Shown here piece by piece: positions 33,467 through 44,339 of a stretch of DNA of 64,000 bases. Each line of letters begins with the position of its first letter. The stretch's first letter is position 1. The notes beneath the pieces were generated by a model. That model did no database searches and was not told where the DNA came from. It worked only from the letters and a program-made list of their open reading frames with translations. Position numbers and translations under genes: made by a program. The DNA is from Zygnema circumcarinatum SAG 698-1b (lineage: Eukaryota; Plantae; Zygnematophyceae): the NCBI GenBank assembly GCA_037447605.1, contig CM074811.1, positions 124,001-188,000 on the forward strand. Direction: 5' to 3'.

Positions 33467-33659
33467 AGCCTCCGTGAATTCTCCTTTAGCTCCTACTTGT
33501 CCGGACTGGGCAGTAGTGACAGTAGACGTGCAAACCCCTATATTCACGTACACCAAAGCTGCAGGCACTGCATCAGACGTCGAAGCAGCTCTACGGAGAG
33601 GTCGCGACGACGAAGAAGAAGAAAAGAAAGAGGAGACGCGTCGCCAGCATTTCAGGACG

Positions 33660-36159
33660 ATGCAACTCTCGTTTCTTTCTCATTTCTCGTGCCCTAAAAG
33701 CACCTTTCTGCATCCAAACCGCTTTGCAGGCCCTCACTGCTCTCTGGGAGCAGGGTGGTCACGACTGCAACATTTTAAAAACCTTCATGGCGGAATTGAC
33801 AAGCAACTGCTTGTTAGTTCTCCAGGTTCCAGGTTAGCGGCGAGACGCAGGGTCGCACTCTGCACTCAAGCTAGTCAGGACTCACAATCTACCAGTGGTT
33901 CCGCAAGCAATGCCTCTGTCGTTATCGGCTCAGGAAATTCTAATCTCAGTGAGGCTGAAGCTATTGTGAAGGCTGTGGAGGAGGGAGAGTTGAGCCGAGC
34001 ACAGGCTTTGAATGTTGTGGATGAAAAGTTAACCAATGGGAAGGAAAATGAAGCATTAGGTCTTGTGCAGGCGCTCCAAGGCCGAAGTTGTGGACTGAAG
34101 GCATTCGGTGCTGCTAGACAGGTGAGTTGTAATTGTCTCCGAAAGCGAGCACTGTAGGAGCTTTTGCTGTACATCGAGTCTTCTGCATATCCTTTGTGGT
34201 AAAAATGTTCACTCTTTGGTCTCCTCCCATTGTGTCCTAAAGACAACAAATGCTTCACGTTCTTGTCCTTAAGGCGAAAAGGCAAGATGGTCAATGCTTC
34301 GTTAATTGATACCAGAACAGTCTGCTAAATAATTCTTTATAATGCCAATATTTTCCTCGCATACCTTTTCTTGGTTGGGTCTGTGATTATTTGCCACCGA
34401 GCCTCCTGTGCTGTGTTATTTTTCCAAAAATAATGAATGCTTGTCTCGAGGAGATCCTGCAGGTTCCCCAAAGGGTATACACCTTGGAAGAACTTCGGCT
34501 TAATAAGATAGACACAGCGCGCTTTTTGTCACCTTCAGATTCGACTCTGAGCGGTGTCAGACAGGGCCTTCAGTTGGCATTGGCAGCAGGTGTCCTGGCA
34601 GCATGGCAAGTCCTGGGGTTGGAACAGGGACAGCTTTTAGGCGTCATTGTGTCGCTGCTGTTCCTAGCCACGGCAGACCAGGTCAGTACACCTCGCTTCT
34701 CTTAAGTTGTGGTGTTGAAATGCCTTCGAAGTTTTGTAATGAGCGCTTCGATTCAACTTTTTCACTAGTCTTCTATGCATTCCATTTGCAATCAGTTTCA
34801 AGCTATTGGTAGCAATTCCTTTTCAAACAAACGTGTCACGTAGTCACCAACGTTGAACCACCAAAGTCTCAAACCTTTATATTGCCAAGCAACATGCTAC
34901 GTCCTATTGAATTTGCGCCATGTTGTGACGCTTGGCTCATAATTTTTAACCATAAGGTGACTTACTTTCTCGCAACTCTAATTTACAGATCGCAAATGGA
35001 GGAGGTGGGGAAGCACTCATTCTGGACACAGTGGGGAACGCAGTTAGTTCCAAGTATCGCAACCGTGTTGCAAAGGTGTGAGAAGCTCGTTCACACGTGG
35101 CACAGGGTCTCGGGCATTCTGTTTCATGCTTTGATTGCAGTGCGTTGCTTGACAGCAATAGAATGTTAATGCTAGCGGCAGGAGCAGCTGTGGAGCAGAG
35201 GGCATGCAGCTTGCTGGCATTACATGCGCGGATGGGAAGGTTGGGATTCAGCACGAAGCAGGCCACTTCCTGGTGTCGTATCTTATAGGCATCCTTCCCA
35301 AGGCGTACAGTTTGAGCAGTCTGGATGCCTTCCGGCGCTACGGTGCACTAAATGTACAGGCTGGCACAACCTTTGTGGACCAGGAGTTCCAGCAAGAAGT
35401 GCAGACCGGACGCCTTAGTGCAGGCGTAAGCCTTCTTCTACCTTCACTCAGGTGTTAGACACAGCTAGTTATTTGGCTAGAGAAATTGGCATTGATCTAA
35501 CGATGGCGACGCCATCAAATATACATGGACAAAGGCAATATGTAGATTCAATGTGAACCAGTCACAAATGACCTGTTAAACGAAAGAATGGATACGAGCA
35601 GTTTGTTGCTTCTAAGTCTAGCCACACGGCTCTAAAAAGCAAGTGGTGTTTGGATAGAGGTGCTTGTATTTTTCGAGAGGCATTCTTTGTCAGTCCTTTG
35701 ACGATGTTGGGGTAAGGCTTTGCATTGTGCAGACTTTAAATAGCTTCTCATGCATTGCACTCGCTGGCGTAGCCACCGAATACTTGTACTTCGAGGTGGC
35801 GGAGGGCGGGTTGTCAGATATTCAACAGGTGGTCCACTAAACTGAAACTGCAGCCTCGTGCGTCACATGGCATTCATCTGCACAGAATGTAACTTTCGGG
35901 ATGGGTGTGGCTGCTGTTCCCTGAGCTAAAGCGGGACGGAGTGGGGCGGGTGCAGCTGGATGCCCTTTTCAAAGGCTTGGGGTTTTCACAGAAGAAGGCG
36001 GATTCGCAGGTGCGGTGGGCGGTGCTCAACACGGTGACCCTGCTGCGCCGCCACGCTGCAGCGCATGAGCGCTTGGCGCAGGCCATGATGGCGGGCCAGA
36101 CTGTGGGACAGTGCATCGAGGTCGTTGAAGAGGCTCTGGCGGACACTTCGGACATCTGA
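33660..36159 (+). CDS. Plastid ATPase-less FtsH/M41-like zinc-metalloprotease-family protein (At5g27290 'stress regulated protein' type)
   Basis: VPQRVYTLEELRLNKID, QHEAGHFLVSYLIGILP (HExxH), FSCIALAGVATEYL, LGFSQKKADSQVRWAVLNT; Ser-rich transit-peptide-like N-terminus from ATG 33660. Confidence 0.85.
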
Positions 36160-36575
36160 CTCAGCACCTTAAGGGTTTTGCTGGAATGCGACCCGCCCCC
36201 ATGCGTAGGCCTTGACAAGAAGGAGAAGACCCGAGACAGACAGACTGTCCTTGTGACATTGTATTGTTATTGAATCTCTGTACAGCTTGAATTTGTCTCA
36301 ATTTAAATCTCCATCTTCGTAGTACGCGATTCATGTGCGGCAAGTGGACTAAGCTTCTTGCTTCATACGCCACCCATTTTGTTCGGAATTACAGTGGATG
36401 CATCATACAACACGACAGAACCCACAAAGTTGACCGGTGCCCAAACCTTACGGCAACCCTTGCTGAGCACATCTCGCCGTGGTTACGTTTGCTTGAAGTG
36501 CCAATTGATGCAACTCAAGTACAACGGAGTAATGCAAACCATAAATCTTTTTTCCGAACGTTATCTTTTAATAAA

Positions 36576-38857
36576 TCAAGGCCTCTGCAACAACATCTGC
36601 AAGAAGTCCTCGGCACCCAAGGGCTGCTGCGCCTCCCGGGGAACTGCTTTTCTTTTCTGCGGAAGCCTTTCGAGTGCAGCTGTTGTGCCCACATCGGTAC
36701 TCCGCTTCAAACGCTTGGTTTCACGATCAAAAGTTTCTGTTTCCGTTGAAGTAGCAGGCACTGGTAACAGCCCCTGCAAGGTGTCCCTGGTATTCAAGGG
36801 GTGCCGCGTCTCACAGGAAGGAGATGGCCTTGCGCCCACTTGAGGACTCAGATTTCCTGCGCACTCACTGGGCGTTTCCGCAGAAGAAACAGTAGCCGCC
36901 ACCTCCACTACCTTTCCATTGTCTGCATGCAATGCCAGCCTATTTTGCATCATCATTTCTGCAACTTCCTCTCCTTCTTGACGATCCGATGGCTCGAATT
37001 CTCGTGTCGGCTTGGCTGCGTCACTGAGTGACTGTTTCGCTTTCTCCTCTGCTCTTAGATATAGAGGTCTAGTGCTCAATGCAGCTTTTGTGTTCGAGGA
37101 TTGAGAATTTCGGGTTAATCCTCCCTCGCCCATCACCTAAACACAGTGAATAGACAACTAATCCCAACTCAGAATACGACCAGTCATCGAGTGCACCATT
37201 CAGTTATAGAAAGTCAGACAAAGAGCAGCGTCTGCAGAAGGGGCGACCAACAACCTCTGGCACAAGATGAGGGGCTATGTTGGCGGATGCGCCCTTCACG
37301 TGTCGACGCATCTGTGGCAACAAGCAGGAGTTCTACACTGTCAGCTGCTATTCTTCATATAGAATAGCGTCAAGTGGTTATGCCAAGGGTTAAGGCGCGA
37401 GACGTTGAGGCATGCCTGCAAAAGTAGTGTGTGCTCTCGAGCCAAGCACGCCAATAGGGTGAGGGCCAGAGGCATGAAGAATGACTGCGCAAGGAGGCTG
37501 CCCATGCACCTGATAACCCATACAGACCCACGAAGTCAGCAGCTTTCATTTGGATAGCCTGCTTCCGCTCCTTCAGGAGGACCAACACAGTGGACGGGTG
37601 TTCACCTGGCAGCTGTGCGAATTAAGTCGTTGGTCTGCCACAATGCCAGTTTCGCCCATCAGTTAGCTTGCACCTCTTGAGAATATAGATGGGGGATCTG
37701 TGGTAAAGGAAGGATACAGGGAACAAATGCGAAGACCAGAAACAATACAAGTGAATCTTTAATGAAAAGGTTGAAAAAGCATTGCCACAATAAGAATGTT
37801 GAGAGGACCTTCCAGCAATTAAGACGAACGGAACAACATTTGTATCATGTGTAACTGGTCACTGCCACTTATAACTTTGTGACGTATAGATCCTAATGTC
37901 CATAATTTTTACCCCTACCCTGAATGCTCTCCAAGAAGCAACGCTTAGCCCACCACATTCCAAATTTCGGGCACACAAATCATGTGCTTACCATACAAAG
38001 CACGGCTTAAGCGCATACACATGCAACAGACCTTTCCTAGTAGCTCTGCAGCACCGAGAAGGCGACGTAGGGCCGCTGCCAGCCCGTGCTGGGCTGTCAT
38101 TCTGGAGGCGCTTTGCTGCAGTCTGGCCACAAGATGGAGAAGGCTGAGAGACCAACTTATGCTATACGCTACAAAATGACACGGCAATGGCCCAACTTGG
38201 ACTGGTCTGTATACTGGAGAGCCGAAACGTTTGCGACTGACGATCCTGAAGATGTATGTAAACTGGCAGCATGGGTACTATTATTAACAAATACCCCAAA
38301 CACTGGATACTTGTGACAGATTATTGGACGGCTGCGAAGGCGTCCATGAAAAGTGAAGACATCTTCGAGGGCTCTTATGGCGCATCCATGACGACGCTGG
38401 TCAAAGTGACAGTACAAACATAGGTTCGTTATACTCACGTTGTGGCTGAAACAGTCTGTCTATCACATTTTTCTATCAGCTCCTGAAGCAGCCGAAACTG
38501 TTCACTTATATCAGCTGCAACAATCAACTCCAAATGGCGTTTCACCTGAAAGAGTTCCTTTGAACCAGCATCAGAATTCGCCTGCAGCATCTAAATAATA
38601 TAGCTACAGGAAAATGACTTAAAAAACCACTGAGAGCGCTAAAAATTCACTCGGTATTCCAGCGAGATTGTTCACAAAGAAAAGCAACTATAGCAAAGGA
38701 CCTGGCGAAGGGCTCGAAAGTATAGAGATGCTCGATGCTGACTGTGGCTCCTGTACAAAGCTCGCCTAAGCACGTCTACCTCCATCGCCAGGGAGGCTGT
38801 CGCAGCTGAAAGGAGCGCATGGCTTCCCGCTAGGGAGAAACTATCTTTATCCGCCAT
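36576..38857 (-). CDS. NEPRO / DUF4477 (nucleolus and neural progenitor protein N-terminal domain) family protein
   Basis: EVDVLRRALYRSHSQHRASLYFRALRQV, LRRLLGAAELL and QSFFMPLALTLLACLAR resemble the conserved DUF4477 blocks; low-complexity final exon. Internal exons are not fully resolved. Confidence 0.65.
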
Positions 38858-38956
38858 GGGTCGAATGCAAAAAAACAGCTGTTTCATTCAAGGCGTGAAC
38901 AAGAGGTCGCCGTGAAGAGAGCTCTCCTGGGAAAGGGCGGGGATTCCCGGGCGGCC

Positions 38957-41900
38957 ATGGCTGCCATTGTGACGTCTCCTCTGCAGGCGGGCCTGTGCGC
39001 TGTGCGCTCTCGTGTGGCACCCTTTCTAGACAAGCCGTTTGCACTTTCTTTGCCTCTCAGAGGAGGCTCCGATGGCTGCAGTCCATGGCAGGTGCCTCCT
39101 AATCGCAGAGCAGCAAACTATAGGAGGCGAAATGGAGCAGCAGCGAGTAGCTCCCTTGCAGAAGATGCGGGACTACTGCCTTCTGTGGCTGCGACCCTTC
39201 AAAGCACTCCCAAGCTCACTGGCATTGGCACATTCAGGGCAGGGCAGAAGCGATCCGAGGTGAGAGTACCAGCTCTTCTCCTGAAGGTGGTGAGTTCTGA
39301 GATACTGGAGAGAGGAGAAGGCGAGGTTGAGCTAAGCGCTTTGGTGGACGCAGCGGTAGCTGGGGGGGCCACCATGGTGGTGTTGGAGGCTAGCAAGCAG
39401 GATGCAGGAGGCGCTCAGTTGTTTGAGGCTGCTTGCGCTCTCAAGGTGTTGCTGCGAGGTCGGGCTCAGCTATTGGTGGCAGAACGAGCTGATATTGCAG
39501 CTGCTGCTGGGGCAGACGGTGTTTTATTATCTGATCAAGGTACACATGCCCCGCTTGCTTTTTTTAAGGAAATTGCCGCTAAATGATAAGCATTCGAGTT
39601 TGGTCAAGTAGGTTGTGTTATAATATACAGCTTGGAGGTTTTGACGCAATACTAAGGTGTCATCTGTCTTCGTATTTCCCTGTCTTTGAAGGCTTTAAAA
39701 GTGGAAATTCTGGCCATAATTGTGCAATGCAGGGCTGCCGGCAGTAGTCGCTCGAAGAATGATGGAAAATGTCGCTGCCGCCGAGGCCTCAGTTCTTCCA
39801 TTAATTGCAAAAAGGGTGAAGTCTTCAGATGCAGCCGTAGCAGCTACGGCTGCTGAAGGAGCAGACTTGCTCATACTGGAGTCGCAATGGAATGATTCAG
39901 ACAATCTGCATGAGCGAGTTACCATTCCCATCATTTGTGAGGCTGCAGCTCCAATGCTTGAACCCACTGAAGCTGTTACTGAAATAGGGCTTCGCCCTGG
40001 TTGTTGCGGTCTTGCACTCCAAGCCAATGAAGCAAAGGAGCGATTGGCGTCCTTCAATGGAGATGCACGGAGATATGCCGAAGCTGTAGTGACTGCCATC
40101 CAAATGGCTATGGAAGCTCAGAGAGGAGAAACAAGAAGCACAGAGACTGAGTCTTTAGGTAGACTGGGGAGGGGAGTGTCTGTGCCTCAGAGAGAGGTGC
40201 CGAACAGGCGGGTGCTAGAAAAAGAGGCACAGCAACTGGTAGAGGAGGAGCGAACACTCCTCAGAAGCTTCTTGCATATGTTTCAGGAGGCGACTCCTCA
40301 GGCAGGGCCTCTTTTTCTTCTAAATTTCCCCCATCCGCAGGGTCAATGTCGATAGATGATATGTTGACTTGTTCATAGTTTTGTTTTGTATTATCTGGAT
40401 GTGAATGTGGAAGTATAGAGCAAGATGTCGCTTGGTGAGAATATGCTTGGCTTGTTCGAGCTTCAGTCAAAAACTTGATTGAGATTTGACGCGTATTTTT
40501 GTGACAAAAGATTAGAAAATTTTCTAACGCAAGAAAAAATCTTAGCAAATATCCAGGGGTATATCTGAGCAGATGGCAGAGATCACGCTTCTGGAAGATG
40601 CCTTGGCGAGGCTGGACGACCTCTTCCTCGCAGTCATTGTGGTGCGCTTGCCTTTCCCTTGAGCCCCTTCATGGCAACCCTCATCATGCATACAAACCAG
40701 TCCTTGTGTGAACAGATAATTCCAGACACGTACTTGTGTGCTTCTCAAGCAAGTTGAATTCCGCACACTTAGGTTCCTTTATTAATCTGCAGGGCGAGTT
40801 CAACTCGGGCAAGTCATCCGTTGTGAACGCTCTCCTTGGAAAGCGCTTTCTGAAGGAAGGCGTTGTGCCGACCACCAACGAGATCACGTTGCTGCGGCAC
40901 AGCGACGACCGCGGCCACGAGGACCTCACTGAGCGCCATCCCGATGGCCACATTGTTCGCTTCCTCCCGGCTGACCTTCTCAAGCAGGTCAACCTTGCTA
41001 CCACCAGCCTCCCCTCCTGTATCTTTAAAGACAATGCAATAGTCCACCTATTTCTATGCGGAGTTTGCCCCTCCCTGCTCATGTACAGGCCTGACAGCTG
41101 TTATGGATATGGCAGATGAACCTTGTGGACACGCCAGGCACCAATGTGATCTTGGAACGCCAACAGAGGCTGACGGAGGAGTTTGTTCCTCGTGCGGACC
41201 TTGTGGTCTTTGTGTTGTCGGCTGATCGGCCCCTTACAGAATCAGAGGTTTGTAGTTGCTTCCTCTTCCAGGGGCTGTCTTGAGTGAAGACTCCGTGCTC
41301 GCAGCAAGGTTATTTCCTTCCAGATGGTAATACGTGTTCTCGCTTGCTGCTGTATGAGGATTGCAAGATGACCGCAGCACAGAAAGATATTCTACGCTTG
41401 ATCCTGATTCCCTGTTTTTTTCTGTTGCATGTGGGTAGCGAACGGTTAAAGCTTAACACCTTTGCTTTGGAGGGGGCTCGGTGTGCAGGTATCTTTTCTC
41501 CGTTACATCAGAGAATGGGGCAAGAAGGTGGTTTTCGTCCTCAACAAGTCCGATGTCCTCTTGGAGACATCAGAGGTGCATTCAGACAGACTGCAAGCCT
41601 GCACGAGTTGCGATTTTTTTGTTTTATTTTTCGACACTTGCTTTTAGATTTTACTTTTAGGTTGTAGGGAGCAGTCGTGACTGGAGACGCCTATCGTGGG
41701 AATCCGCAGGTAGAGGAGGTCCTTCAGTTCGTGGCCGACAATGTGCAGCGCCTGCTCGGAGTGGACCGCGTGCAGTGCTTTCCGGTCTCTGCCCGCTTTG
41801 CAATTCGTGCCAAATTGGCAGCTCAGGTGGAAGGATTCGGAGGAAATAGCACTATCGACCTTGACCTCTTGGCTCAAGACCAGAGCTGGCAGGTAAGGTC

Positions 41901-43706
41901 TTTTTGTTTCCTAGCAGCTCATGGTTGAGAAAATCGCCTAAGGAAATAGGGCTCCCTTTTGCTTTCCTGTGCTGTCTACAACTTAACGACTCAACACAAG
42001 TGTTCAAGTCTCAGCTGGGCTGCATTTTGCGAGATGCAGATGAGCGGGTTCAAAGAGCTGGAGCAGTTTATATTCAGCTTTTTGGAGGGAAGCTCCGACG
42101 CCGGTGCAGAGCGGTTCCGGTTGAAGCTGGACACGCCATTGGGGGTTGCCGCTGCATTGCTGGCAGCGGCTGAGCGGCAGTTGGCAGGGGAGGCGCAGCA
42201 GAATGCAAACGACAGAAAAAGTTTGCAGAACTTGGAGGAGCAGAGCGCAGTGCTGCGCAGCAACTTGGAGTTGGAGGCTATGCGCATGCACCAACGAGTC
42301 TCTTCCTTGGTACTAAACTTCCCCATTCTCTTGGCTCTAATCTGACGTATCGCCAAGCGTTATGTGAATGGATAACTACTTCGTTGGCCTTGTGTCCCTG
42401 AGTTCTTATTGTGGAAAGGAACTGTAGTGAGTCTGTGAAATGTGAGGGTTGGAGCAGGTTGAATCCGCTTGTCGACGAGCAGAGCAAGTTGTGGATGCCA
42501 CTCTCCGTTTGGGCAATGTGAACGCTCTCGGGCAGTACCTCGTTACTCCGGATGTCAGCCGCAAGGCAGGGTCCCTCCCGGTGGGCCGACGCTTTGAAGC
42601 GGATGTTGTGGGCTCCGCCATGGCAGACCTCAGAGTGCGTTCGTGGCCCCATACCTGCACCCTGCTGTGCTCGTAGTGCTTCTCGCCTTCCTTTCTAAAG
42701 GCGGCCAATTATTAAATAGACCTGATTCTGTGTTCCACCGCTAAAGTAGCTGTGCTGATCATCTCCATTCTGCATTTGTCTTTCTATGCCGTTGAATGTT
42801 CAGCTGTGTTTCTTTGCGGCTGATATTCCATCTGTGAGGGAAAATGCAGAGAATTATGTATGAACATCGAGCATCGCTGTCTTCTACATGCACACAGCAT
42901 CTCCAAGTGCAATGCGAGTTCGCAGCAACCCGATGGCCACAGCTGGCAGGCAATTGTGCTGTCGACGTGGCAGAGCTGCGGGAGGCAGACGGTGACCGTG
43001 AAGGCAGTGTGGAGGTGCTCGAGGGCTTCGACACGCAGGCAGCGGCACTCCTCCTGGATGAAGAGCTGCGCCAAGCAGTATGTCATAGAGCATTCCTCTC
43101 ACATTCCTGGAGAATGGTGTCTGCTGAATCATGTTTGTTAAGCGTTACTATTTTGGCAACTATGCTTCCTCGAAAGGGTAGTGGGTCTGATGGGATCAGG
43201 AAATGGCTGGGCTGTATGCAGGTGGCTGGCACATTCACCAGCTTTGGAGCAGCGGGAGTATCCGCTTCAGTTCTTACATCCGTCCTGCCCAGCACAGTAG
43301 AAGATCTGCTGGCTTTGGCCCTCTGTACTGCTGGAGGGTGAGCTCCCTTCATCCTTGAACATCCGTTTTTCTGTAACTCGCACGTACACTTAGGGGCTGA
43401 GATTAACCGCAGAATAACGTTTGCAGGTATGCCCAGGTGCTCCAGCTCCCCTCAAGGCGAGAGGAAGTGAAGGCAAAGGTTCGCAAGGCTTCTGAGGGCC
43501 TTAAGGCGCGGCTGATTAGGAGCATGGAGGCGGAGCTTCAGGACTGCGTGGCGGCTGCAGACGCTGCCCTCTCCCTGGCCCTCGCGCCGTACCGAGAGGC
43601 CGTTGCAGGCGAGACCGTGAGGGTGGCAGAGCTGCAGGCTCGGGCTGAAAGGTTGAGCTTGCAGCTGCGGACATTGCGCCAGCAAGTGCAGAACTTGGGC
43701 TGCTAG
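38957..43706 (+). CDS. FZL: FZO-like chloroplast dynamin-related GTPase with N-terminal ThiE/TMP-TENI-like domain
   Basis: AERADIAAAAGADGVLLSDQG-LP (ThiE-like), GEFNSGKSSVVNALLG (G1), DTPG (G3), NKSD (G4), C-terminal TM pair (EDLLALALCTAGG); TAG at 43704-43706. Confidence 0.92.
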
Positions 43707-44186
43707 AGCCACTCGTTTGATTGCTACTGAATTCTCCTGTATTTGTTTGCCTCAGGCTGGGCTTGCCTTTTCAATATTGTCATTTTTGTTTTGGATCATG
43801 TAAAATCTTCCTCAAAGATGTCCTTACATTTTTTTCTCATAATACTGTATATTTCTATTGCTCAAACGAGCTAGTTTGCCGTCAGTAGGGCGTGTCAGAC
43901 TTAACAAAAGGTTACGAATATCGAGTTTTTAGTATCACGAGAATTTTTGAAGTCTGACACGCCCGAGTGTCAAGAAGCTTCTGGTGATCCTCTAACGGGA
44001 GAACATTCCTGCTTTCCGCCTCTCCTCATCCAGCCATCCCACGAGCCGAAAGCGACTCTCCGTACATATGTACGAATTAGACCCGGCACTGTACGGAATG
44101 TACGAATGTACCACATGTACGAACAGTACGGACTTAGGCCCGCTTACAGTTCTAAAAGTCCGAGTTTTAAAACGAAATATAAACGA

Positions 44187-44309
44187 GTCGCACGTGCGAC
44201 CCTCCATAATGGAAAGCTTTTTTTGAACTTTTGAACACGGCTCCGCCCGCCACGCGGCGCACGCTCGCGCATCCCTCATAGCAGCTGCGCTCTCCGCCCG
44301 CCACGTGGC
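44187..44309 (+). promoter_or_regulatory. Proximal promoter with two palindromic G-box elements
   Basis: GTCGCACGTGCGAC (44187-44200, perfect 14-bp palindrome) and GCCACGTGGC (44300-44309), plus a 14-bp direct repeat CTCCGCCCGCCACG at 44241 and 44292. These lie 30-150 nt upstream of ATG 44340. Confidence 0.5.
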
Positions 44310-44339
44310 CGGCAGGGGCGCCCTGCCCCCCTCGCGGCC

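Noticed and set aside
33291-33659. In-frame upstream extension of the M41-like ORF in the ORF track
   Set aside because: It is antisense to RH13 exon 1 and starts at a non-preferred position; ATG 33660 begins a transit-peptide-like sequence.
39250-39800. ThiE-like domain fused to a dynamin GTPase as a novel fusion
   Set aside because: This is the known architecture of FZL.
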